In this document: one piece after another, positions 21,877 through 32,000 of the stretch
Position numbering within the stretch: position 1 is the first letter of the stretch
Layout of the letters: each line of letters starts with the position of its first letter
Source of the DNA: Wallemia ichthyophaga EXF-994
Taxonomy: Eukaryota; Fungi; Basidiomycota
Length of the DNA: 32,000 nt
Direction: 5' to 3'
Assembly (NCBI RefSeq): GCF_000400465.1
Contig: NW_008806282.1
Coordinates: forward strand, 120,001-152,000
The notes under the pieces: generated by a model
The model's database searches: none
Told to the model about the DNA's origin: nothing
The model's input: only the letters and a program-made list of their open reading frames with translations
Program-made: the position numbers and the translations under genes

Positions 21877-22887
21877 ATGACGGGATGGAATAGAGTGCTT
21901 AAATTCTGGGTAATATTCGTGATAGCGACGTTGAATATAAATTTAGTACAAATATTCAGCAGTCCATTTAAATTAATCAGTAAATCCATCTACACAAGCA
22001 TCATCGACTACTCGAAAGCGTCATTCTCCAAGTTTCTGGTTATTTTGTTAAATTTGCAAGGTAATGGAAGCGTAGTGAGAGTGTACAACCCAGTAACAGT
22101 TCAACCACAATCTGTAATCTTCTCAAACCACCAACTGTACACTGATTGGATTTACATCTGGACTCTCCTCTATAAGCTGGAATCCAACGCTGATCACCTT
22201 ATCATCATCCTCAAACACTCCCTCAAACACATCCCCATCCTTGGCTGGGGTATGCAATTTTTCAACTTTATCTTTCTTAGACGCAGTTGGGCTGTTGATA
22301 ACAAGACACTCTCTAATCAATTACATCAGATTTCTGCCAACAGCAACCCATACACCCTTCTCCTCTTCCCTGAAGGTACCACCATCTCCAACGATTCTCG
22401 CCCAAAGTCAAACAACTTTACGAAGAAAATTGGCGTTGAAGATTTTCACCATCTCCTCTACCCACGTGTTACTGGTCTCCTCCACTCCCTCAGGTCTCTC
22501 TCCCATAATCCCAACCTCCAGGTCATCGACTCTACCCTTGCATACCCAGACATCCCCCCTGGCGTCTACGGCCAGGACTGGTACACGCTTAAAAACACCT
22601 TCCTCAGGCGCATCTCGCCGGATATTATACACTTGCACATGAGCAGCTGGAAATTGTGTGACATTCCAATCCACTCGGATGATTTATTCACTAGCTGGCT
22701 TCTACAGAGGTGGCACGAGAAAGAGCAACGTTTGCGTGTTTTCCAAGAGTCACACACTCTAGATCCATCTGGCAAGTACCAAGACATCCCTCTCAATCTA
22801 ACCCATCCACTAGCACACACACTCGATGCTTTCATCTACTTTGTTCCTATCATTTTGGTGTATGTTCTATGTCGTTTGGTGATATAA
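21877..22887 (+). CDS. PlsC-type lysophospholipid acyltransferase (Cst26/LPLAT-like), intronless
   Basis: SNHQLYTDW (NHx4D), LKHIPILGWGMQFFNFIFLRRSW, LLLFPEGT, LLYPRVTG, WLLQRWHEKE; N- and C-terminal TM segments. Confidence 0.9.
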   Translation: MTGWNRVLKFWVIFVIATLNINLVQIFSSPFKLISKSIYTSIIDYSKASFSKFLVILLNLQGNGSVVRVYNPVTVQPQSVIFSNHQLYTDWIYIWTLLYKLESNADHLIIILKHSLKHIPILGWGMQFFNFIFLRRSWAVDNKTLSNQLHQISANSNPYTLLLFPEGTTISNDSRPKSNNFTKKIGVEDFHHLLYPRVTGLLHSLRSLSHNPNLQVIDSTLAYPDIPPGVYGQDWYTLKNTFLRRISPDIIHLHMSSWKLCDIPIHSDDLFTSWLLQRWHEKEQRLRVFQESHTLDPSGKYQDIPLNLTHPLAHTLDAFIYFVPIILVYVLCRLVI

Positions 22888-22916
22888 AATTCATGTCATT
22901 TGATATCGATAATCAT

Positions 22917-23483
22917 CTAAAGGAATTTGCTAGCCAGGCTGCTCAGCCCACCCGAGTCACTTCCTCCAATTGTACCACCACTCATCTTGGACTTGATGAC
23001 GAGTTTACCGAAAGTCATTGCAGCGCTGTCAACAGCAGACTGTTTGTCGTCGCTGCTACCATGACTAAAGTGTTCATCAGCCAATTTCTTAGCCTCGGCG
23101 ATAACTTTTCCGAGGAGATCGCTATCTTTCTCGTTTGTCTGGTTTTCTCCACCAGCAAAGTGTTTCTTGAAAAGGCTCATAGCGTAAGCAGTGCCGTGCT
23201 CTTGAGGCGAGGCGCCCTTGGTATCGCCCTCTTCAAAAACCTTGTTATGTGCCTGCACGGAGCCTTCCTCATCCACATGGCCATTCATCTCGCCCTGCTT
23301 GTCGTTGAGCATGCCTACTGCCTTCTCGAGGTACGAGTGCTGTGACTCATCGCCGTGCTCTGACTTGGCCATGCCGAGGACTGACCTCAAATCGAATCCT
23401 TGCCCAGAAGAGGTGTTACCTGAGTCGCCGCTATTACCTGCGTACGCCTCATAGCCTTGTTTAGCCATATTTACAAAGTCCAT
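22917..23483 (-). CDS. Beta-flanking (beta-fg)-like glycine/serine-rich protein
   Basis: MDFVNMAKQGYEAY..., then IAEAKKL..., DKQSAVDSAAMTFGKLVIKSKMSGGTIGGSDSGGLSSLASKFL. This resembles the conserved C-terminus of agaricomycete beta-flanking proteins (KQDAVNGAAMT..KL...SK.SG...GG.NSGGL..LASKF); recognised from memory. Confidence 0.7.
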   Translation of the reverse strand: MDFVNMAKQGYEAYAGNSGDSGNTSSGQGFDLRSVLGMAKSEHGDESQHSYLEKAVGMLNDKQGEMNGHVDEEGSVQAHNKVFEEGDTKGASPQEHGTAYAMSLFKKHFAGGENQTNEKDSDLLGKVIAEAKKLADEHFSHGSSDDKQSAVDSAAMTFGKLVIKSKMSGGTIGGSDSGGLSSLASKFL

Positions 23484-23728
23484 TGTGGATGTGCTTGTGT
23501 GTTTACGGTGCTGATGGTGCTGGTGCAACGTGTATTGCTATCTGATCGGTCCGGGAGCAATTCGGGAAATTAGAGCGTAATGTGATTGCGGAGGAGAGCC
23601 CAAACTTCAAAGGTGCACTTGCCTGCATTTTAATGCGTTGTCTGCTTGCATCTCCTCATCTCCCCGTCCACCTCTTCATCTCCCGAACATCCATCATCTG
23701 GATAACAAATTCAGATAACAGATAAAAG

Positions 23729-25511
23729 ATGGGCACACAACATGCGCGCGCGGCCCTGCATGCCGCACACAGCCTACGCGCCGTCCCGCGGTCGTGGAAG
23801 GCGCGTATTGGTCGAGTTCTACGGGAGGGGGAGGACAAGGACGCACAGGGCACACAAAGCAAACGACGTCTACTGAGTGAGTGAGTTAGTTGCGGGGATG
23901 TCCACCGACGCGATCTTACAAAATATAGTCTATGGCAGCCACACCAAACAGCTCGTTGAGGCTCTCCTCCGCGATCCATTGGCTGGCGGTAAAGCTGGTG
24001 GTGGTAGTGGCAGTAGCAGCAGCTCTAATAACACCCCCCACACCTCCGCTACAGACATTCTCCAGCAGCGAAGACACCTCGGCGGACGGCGGAACGAGGG
24101 GCGCGTGTGGACTATACAGCACAGCCACCAACACGCTCCAAGCACACCCACCACTGAGCATGTCCTTATTCCTCTGCCGGCGCTGGAGAAAGTGGATGTG
24201 GTTGAGTGGAGTGACGGTGACGGCGATCGGGAGAGTTGGTCCAAACACGCACACGCACACCACTCCCAACTCACCGACGAAGCTGTCGCGTCGCACGACC
24301 TGATTATCGATAATGGGCCAGCAAGTGCGTATCTCCGCGGCTTGTTCGGCGATCGGCCACGAACAATAAGTATAAACGGGCGCAACGAGCTCGCAGTAGA
24401 TGCGACAGGTGCTCTCGGTGCTCTTGATGCGTTTGAAGCGAAGGACGTAAATGGGTATACGCGACTGACGGATTCCTCCAACATACGAAAGTTGAAGCAA
24501 GTGTTAGTGGGTGATATGCGAGTAGCAGAACGAGAAGCGCACGCTGTGCACGCAGTCAAACTGGCACTCAGCGCGACAGACAGAGTGCTGCGCACGAAAG
24601 AGCACGTTCTAGCGTCGATGGAGAGGGAGAGTGAGGTATGCGTGGAGGAGACAGAAGGGGAATGCGCCAAACTCCTCCAACATTTCCCGTCGTCTACTCA
24701 CATTCAACACGATCATACAGTCTCGTTGCACAAGGCACTCGCAATGCTCAGGTCTTTCCCAGTCGCTCTCCTCCCTATACGCATAGACGACCTGGGTGCG
24801 TTTGTGGAAGGGATACTCAACAAACATTTCGCTGACACCCTCGCACTCGAATATGCCGCCTTTGATGGCGCTGTTGCCCAGACTAATGCGCGCGTTCACC
24901 ACCTCGCACATGAACAGCTGGAGCGCGCGGGTAAGCGGAGTGTAGAGGGTATAGAGGGTTTAGATACAAATGAAGATAAGGATATGCCTCTGCACCTGCA
25001 CACAGCCATCCACCAAAACAACTTGGGCAGAAACGCGTCTGCACTTGCATCAGCACCTTCCACAGACAGCCGCAGTATAGCGCAGCGCACACTCAATACT
25101 CTCACACAGCCAGGTGGCTTGCCTGACAGTATAGCGGCGCGGATGCAGGCAGCGCTTGTGCGCGCGTACGGGGGTGTTTTGTCCACAAGTGCACTGGGGT
25201 ATGCAGGCGCTATGGGTGAGTGGTGCACAACTCAGTCAGCAGTTGGTCTAGCTGTTTTAGGTGGCGTGTGGAGCGTCAAGCATGTGCTCACCAAGTGGAC
25301 TACCTCGGTTGGGATGTTTGAAAGTAGCTGGAAGAGGGGCTATGCGCTGATAGAGGCGGAAAGCGAGGACTATAAACAGACAGTCAGAGCTGGGATGATG
25401 AAAGATGCGCGTTTCGTAGATGCCGTTGTGAGACAACACGTGAATAGACACAGGCACCAACTGGAAGATTTGCAGAAAGAGGTGGAAGGAGTGAGGAAGG
25501 AGTATTTGTAG
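23729..25511 (+). CDS. Conserved fungal membrane protein, probably Mmc1-like; intron 23877-23928
   Basis: An upstream exon from ATG 23729 splices in frame (KRRLL|IYGSHTKQLVEALLRDPLA); two C-terminal hydrophobic segments (LSTSALGYAGAMG, AVGLAVLGGVWSV) are followed by KW and a coiled coil. Family assignment from memory. Confidence 0.55.
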
Positions 25512-25612
25512 GGTGATTTGGGTGTATAGATGAATGAATAGAAATGATTTGATTTGGTTGGTCGGCTAAGTTTTAGTGGGATCGAGAATCCACCACCTTC
25601 TCTGTTTGTGCA

Positions 25613-26443
25613 ATGCCATCATCATCCGCAACGAAGAAGACAGCGAAGAAAACAGCGAAGAGTGATCAGTCTATGGCACCTTCTAAACCACCATCTAAAG
25701 CACCTAAAACACAGCCCAAGAGCATCCTCAAGAAGAAGGAGGCGGTACAAGAGCCGAGCAGCGAAGACGGGGAGAGTGATGAGGGTGACGTGGAGGGCGA
25801 CAGCGAGAGTGATTTAGACAGCGATGTAGACGCAGACTCTGATGCCTCCGCGTCGTCCGCCTCCTCTGGATCATACACCACGCTCAAACCAAAGAAACGC
25901 AAGCGCAAGAATAACGAAACAGAGGCAAACACTTTCGCTAGTGCCCTCACAAACCTCGCAGACACCTCAGCCACATCGGCGAAAAACCTCGAAATTCTCC
26001 CGCAAGCCAACAAATCACTCAAGAAGCACAGGATGCAATTGAAGGCGCAAAAAGTGTTGCGTGACGAGGCCAAACACAAGGAAGATATTGGCAGAGTGCG
26101 CGATGTTGTTAGTGGCTGGGCTGTGCCGTCAACGGTGATCAAGGGGGGTGAAGGAGGTGCAGACGCAGACAACGCAGTAAACGCACATGTTGACTCCGGC
26201 GCCGCCAAGGAAAAGAGACTGAGGAAGGTGGCACAGAAAGGTGTCGTGCGCCTATTCAACGCAATTCTCGCAGCTCAGAAAGCAGAGAGTGGCGCTAAAG
26301 TGGTTGATAAGGAGAAGGATAGGGGACTGGGTAAGCAGAGGCTTGAAGCACCCGCTAATTTCCCATCGCAAAACAAGAAGCAGGCTAAGAACACAGACAC
26401 TGTAGCCAAGAATGCTTTCATGGATGCCATACGTAAGGGATGA
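25613..26443 (+). CDS. RRP15: Ribosomal RNA-processing protein Rrp15, intronless
   Basis: Basic/acidic N-terminus; KEDIGRVRDVV..W; EKRLRKVAQKGVVRLFNAI; C-terminal FMDAIRKG. Confidence 0.88.
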   Translation: MPSSSATKKTAKKTAKSDQSMAPSKPPSKAPKTQPKSILKKKEAVQEPSSEDGESDEGDVEGDSESDLDSDVDADSDASASSASSGSYTTLKPKKRKRKNNETEANTFASALTNLADTSATSAKNLEILPQANKSLKKHRMQLKAQKVLRDEAKHKEDIGRVRDVVSGWAVPSTVIKGGEGGADADNAVNAHVDSGAAKEKRLRKVAQKGVVRLFNAILAAQKAESGAKVVDKEKDRGLGKQRLEAPANFPSQNKKQAKNTDTVAKNAFMDAIRKG

Positions 26444-26633
26444 ATATTTTGTAGAATTATAATTTTGATTTTTTTTTATGCTAAATTCTTATCTAATGAC
26501 GCCATTTGTAAAACTCCTAAACTCCGGCGCTCGAGTGAAATGCCGGGGTTGACTGAGACGACCATCAGATGACGCGGGATAATGGGGAAAATAAAAGAAC
26601 GAGTGGAATAAAACAGCCGGTTTAAGTTTTACA

Positions 26634-28572
26634 ATGAAGCACATATTCAACGATCCAAATGAGCTCCTCAAATGCGCCATCAATGCTCAGCCAACCCTCA
26701 ATCCTTCCCTCGCAGTAGACGTGGCCCAGGGCGTCGTATACGATACACATTCACCCACACCGCACAGGCGTGTTTCTGTTATCGCAGGCGGTGGCTCTGG
26801 TCATGAACCCGCGCATGTATCGCTCGTTGGTGGGTAAGAGTGTACATCCGGCAGAACTCAGCTCATACGCAATCACAGGCACTGGTATTCTCCAAGCCAG
26901 CGTCTCTGGCCACATATTCGCCAGCCCCTCTTCCACGCACATCCTCCACGCCATACAGCGCACACCACCCACCCACGCCATCCTCCTCATTATCAACCAA
27001 TACACAGGCGACAAGCTTAACTTCAACCGCGCTGCACAGAAGGCGCGCTACGATGGTCGCGTCGTGCATACAGTCACTGTCGGAGACGATGTCTCACTTT
27101 CCCCCACAGCCATCGCCAAAGTTGGGCGCAGGGGGCTCACAGCAAACCCTCTCGTCTGCAAGGTGGCTGGAGCGGCGGCCGAGCGTGGGCTGGATGTGGA
27201 GGCAGTGCAGCTTATTAGCGAGGCGGTAGCTGCGAATGTCGCCACTATAGGAGCGTCGCCCCAACACTGCCATGTTCCAGGTCGAGAGAGGGCGCAGGAC
27301 GAGTCCACCGATAACTCCTTATATGTGGAACTGGGTCTCGGTATCCACAACGAGCCTGGGGCTAAGAAGGTGGTTGACAATTCACACTCTCCACACACCC
27401 ATCTCATTCAAGATATGCTCCTTAGAATCCTCTCCTCCCCTTACACAGCCTTTGGTGATGAGGACGACGTTATACTCGTCGTTAATAACCTGGGCGGCCT
27501 CTCGCTTGTCGAGCTGTATGGTGTGGTGGGGGTCGCTAGTGAGGTGCTCACCAGACAACACGCTATTCACCCCCTTCATACCCTCGTAGGATCATTCATG
27601 ACCAGCCTCAACATGCCCGGCTTCTCCCTCTCCCTCCTCAACGTCACCCGCGCAGATAGCGTGTGTGGCGGTGTCGGCGGTGTTAGCGTGGTTGATCTGC
27701 TGTACGACCCCACAGCCGTGACGGCATGGCCAGCTATGAGTATGGGCAAAAATACAAGTATCGAGCAGGAAGAGAGGCAGGAGAGGGTGGAGGATGGGTA
27801 TGATGTCGGAGCTGAGGTTGAGACTAAGACTGAGCAGAACAAGACACACGACAAAGTGAACCTTGAAGCGCAACCATCCACACTCACACCACACTCAAGA
27901 CTCATCGCTCAAGCAGTACACAGCGCATGCGACGCCGTCCTCGCAGCTGAACCCGATCTAACGCACTGGGACACGCTCGTCGGCGACGGCGACTGCGGTA
28001 CGACATTCTCGGGCGGTGCATCAGCCATCAAGGCAGCTCTCGCAGCAGACAGGCTCCCGCTCACACATCCAGCCCCACTCTTTTACTCCCTCTCCCTCCT
28101 CGTCGAATCAAGTATGGGCGGTACGGCTGGTGCGCTGTTCGCGCTGTATTTTGGTGCACTCAGTAATGCGCTGAGCGGGGCAAACGACGTGGGTGAGGCG
28201 AATGCGAGTGTGGATGTCGACTGGAGTGTGCATCTCACATCCGCTGCTCTAACTGCCCTCGACGAACTGCGGTTGTTTACTCCCGCTCAAGTCGGTGATA
28301 GGACGCTCATGGATGCTCTCATCCCCTTCTCCAGCGCGCTCGAGAGTGGGCTGGGTATCGCCGTCGCAGCTCAGCACGCTAGGAAGGGTGCTGAAGAGAC
28401 GGCTTTTATGGTTGCTACTCTTGGACGAGCTGCTTATTGCACTGATTATGCAGATGGCTCTGACGTTAATGACAAGGACAACACTCACAACAATAAAACC
28501 CCCAATATTCCAGATCCTGGCGCTATGGGTGTGAGCGCTATCATTGGCGGTATAGCAGGTTGTTTTAATTAA
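26634..28572 (+). CDS. DAK1: Dihydroxyacetone (triose) kinase, fused DhaK-DhaL; intron 26830-26878
   Basis: IAGGGSGHEPAH, IFASPS, NQYTGDKLNF, VGRRGL, VELGLGIHNEPG, VNNLGG, FMTSLNMPGFS, DTLVGDGDCGTT, SMGGTAGALF, GDRTLMDAL, LGRAAY, PDPGA. Confidence 0.95.
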
Positions 28573-28654
28573 CGTGCTTGTATGCTTTGAATACCATGGA
28601 TAATTTCTTTCTGTCTAAAAATACAATAGGGTGCCATCGCACCATATAAACCTC

Positions 28655-29793
<1,139 letters not shown>

Positions 29794-30007
29794 TTGGCCG
29801 CTTGAGCCACCCTCCCCCTCAGCTATTGTAATATCAATTGTACACTAATTTCATACCACTTTGAATATTCTTAAGGGTACCTAACCTGAATATGTATAAA
29901 CGTAAATCCCCGCCTTAGTTTGTGATTGAAATGCTCACATCACGTGAACCGCAACTGTCATCATCGATAAGCAAGATAACACGGATAAGCGTGGAATTGG
30001 ATATGTG

Positions 30008-31466
30008 ATGGGATTTATGCGGTGAGTTGCGTTTCAAGGGAATTGTAACCCACTCACACACCTCTATCCAGACGAGCAGAAGAAGTCGAGCTGCTACAGC
30101 TACAAGATTCAGATAACCCGTACTTGATTTATCAGCCACCATTCGCATACTCGCTGCCGTCTCAAATGCTCGTTATCGGAATCGTACTCACTCTATGCAC
30201 CGTTCTGCTCTCACACCTCTCTTTCACAGCGCAATACCACTTTCCACTATCAAAGCTCAACTTTCTTTTACAAACGCTGGCTGTCCTCAGTCTCCTTACA
30301 AAGGTTTCCGCTGAATTGGCCCTGGCCTCTATCAAGCTTTACGACATTTCCTCAATTTGGCCTTATATGTTTGAATACACGGCTATTGACATACCTTACA
30401 TTGAATGGGATGTTTGGAAGACTGGCGCGTGGCTAGCGATGTTAGCTATAGTCTCAGCACTTGTCAATGTGGGTGGTTTCTATTTTTAGCACTGAGATCA
30501 CTAATGTCTCACCCCTCACAGCTCACCCACATACAATTCCTCACTCTCCTCTTCCCTTCAGATCTCGAGCAGCTGCTAATATTCACTATTCTTGGCCCTT
30601 TAGCCGTCGTTGGCGCTGCTCTCACCTTCTGCGACCTCAGCAGCTCTGACTCCACTATCAAGACCGCAGAGTCAATTAAGAATGTTTGCAACTCTACACT
30701 CACCCTTCTCTTCACTGCCGCTTTGATTATCTGGGGTGGCGTTATCAATCGTCGCCGTGCTTGGAGGACTGACGGTGGCACTGCTGCCTTTGGTGTTTTT
30801 GCTATAGCCTTGGCTGTTCTTGGTACAGCTGTAAACTTTCTCATCGTCAAAGAAGATGAAGTTCCTTGGTTACAGTCGGTTGAATGGGCTATCGTTATGT
30901 GGCAGTCCTGGCTCGGTTTCTGGTGGTGGGTTGGCGCCGGTATGGGCATTGGTGAGGTCGAAGATAGACGCGCACGTAAAACCAAGAAGCAGAAACTCAA
31001 ACGACGTAACAAGAATCGCACAGTCGAATCTCAAGTTGAATCCATGTTCACTGATAATGGTGAGAATCAAGCCGTCAAACGTAGATGGCGGAGTAGTCAC
31101 AATAACACAAACAATATTCATAACACCCCTCAAACTTCCTCGTCAGACTCACCTGAAACTTCCTCAGATACCTTCCTCTTCAGATTCTCGCCCAGCTATC
31201 TCGTTAGTTATGTGTATAATAGTCTCAAACGCGCACACAACGCAGCTGCAAGAATACAAGCAAAAGAATACAAAAAGAAGCAAGAACAACATGAGAGGAG
31301 ATGGGGTCCAGGTGAATTCGCCATGTCCTCAATAAACCCTATTCCTCAACATTCTCAACTCTCAACGACGGATGAGGACACTGAGGCTCTCAAGTCGGAA
31401 AGAGGTGAAAGGAGCTGGTTTAAGTGGTCGGAGAGGTTTCGACGGCGAAGAGCTGATGAGTGGTGA
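30008..31466 (+). CDS. Multi-pass (~7 TM) membrane protein, probable basidiomycete Rra1-like/PalH-analogous pH sensor, 3 exons
   Basis: MGFMR|RAEE...YQPPFAYSLP, HLSFTAQYHFPL, WPYMFEY, THIQFLTLLFPS.LE..LIF.ILGPLA, RRRAWRTDGGTAAFG, WQSWLGFWWWVGAGMGIGEVED followed by a K/R-rich stretch after the last TM, as described for Cryptococcus Rra1. Functional assignment from memory. Confidence 0.55.
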
Positions 31467-31615
31467 TTATGAGTACTAGTCAGTGATAGTGTTGGACAAA
31501 ATCAAGACTCAATGAAGGTTCAATGAAGACTCGATATCCGGATAATATACGTTATGAGTTTTGTATAAGTAGTGTAGTATGCATCTTAGAAATATAAATA
31601 TGTTCACTCTCACTC

Positions 31616-32000
31616 TCAATCCTCTTTAAGCAACTTGAGTTTGTCGTGTACACCCCCATGATCATCCTCATCACCCTCCTCCTTGATATCGCCAATCTCG
31701 TCCGCCTTACGCTTCCTGCTAGTCGGATCATCCTCATCGTCGATCAATTCAACCTTGACGTGATTATAAACCCACCACACATTGAAATAGTTGCTACCAA
31801 CCTGTATAGATTTTTTATCAAGCTTGCTGGGTATTTCAGGCAGTGGATATTCCAATTTCTGATTACGACGACGTGGATCACGCAAATTGGAAGCGCCTCT
31901 AAGATGAAATTTGAGATGTTTAGTGATATTTTGTGTACCTACGCTGATCCACTTGACAGAATGTTCCAAGCGATTGATTTCCTTTTTGAACTCCTTACTA
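31616..32000 (-). CDS. 3' end of an unidentified protein (acidic C-terminus with KRK cluster); runs off window end
   Basis: Frame open from the window edge: SKEFKKEINRLEHSVKWIS...LEYPLPEIP...YFNVWWVYNHVKVELIDDEDD...RKRKADE; possible intron near 31942-31899. Confidence 0.6.
   Translation of the reverse strand, partial: SKEFKKEINRLEHSVKWISVGTQNITKHLKFHLRGASNLRDPRRRNQKLEYPLPEIPSKLDKKSIQVGSNYFNVWWVYNHVKVELIDDEDDPTSRKRKADEIGDIKEEGDEDDHGGVHDKLKLLKED

Noticed and set aside
23877-23928. Listed ORF start (MSELVAGMSTDAILQNIV) of the Mmc1-like gene
   Set aside because: This stretch is better explained as a 52-nt intron (gtgagt...atag) linking an upstream ATG exon at 23729 in frame.
18397-25460. Many overlapping or antisense ORFs (e.g. 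19446-20171, 20296-20928, 23930-24670, 23916-24500)
   Set aside because: They lie opposite well-supported genes in GC-rich or low-complexity coding sequence and show no recognisable domains.
29796-29812. Short hairpin (TGGC-CGCTTGA-GCCA) after the H4 stop, like a histone 3' stem-loop
   Set aside because: Only a 4-bp stem; it does not match the 6-bp stem/4-nt loop consensus, and fungal histone mRNAs are polyadenylated.

Overview
Gene-dense fungal (eukaryotic) chromosome segment with about 18 protein-coding genes, spliceosomal introns mostly 45-55 nt long and very short intergenic gaps. Basidiomycete markers (beta-flanking protein, Rra1-like 7TM protein, H3 'SSAVM...[15 protein letters not shown]') plus the compactness suggest a Wallemia-like basidiomycete; this is inference only. 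Gene order: HET-C (partial, -), dienelactone hydrolase (-), DUF2235 hydrolase (+), amino-acid permease (+), Dal5/ACS-type MFS permease (-), 5-oxoprolinase N-half only (+), Ste12-like STE/C2H2 factor (-), Exo70 (+), GEN1/Yen1 (+), Pso2/SNM1 (-), PlsC-type acyltransferase (+), beta-flanking protein (-), Mmc1-like (+), Rrp15 (+), dihydroxyacetone kinase (+), histone H3 (-)/H4 (+) pair, Rra1-like sensor (+), partial unknown (-). I found no tRNA, rRNA, CRISPR array or mobile element. The most notable observations are four. (1) A 764-aa oxoprolinase stops at the HyuA/HyuB boundary and shares a GATAAG-rich divergent promoter with a permease. (2) Two near-identical 46-nt introns flank a predicted 2-nt exon in HET-C. 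(3) Head-to-head gene pairs have overlapping or 30-bp-spaced start codons. (4) A microsatellite-filled intron is bounded by a 12-bp direct repeat. Family calls come from my recall of motifs; no database search was run.
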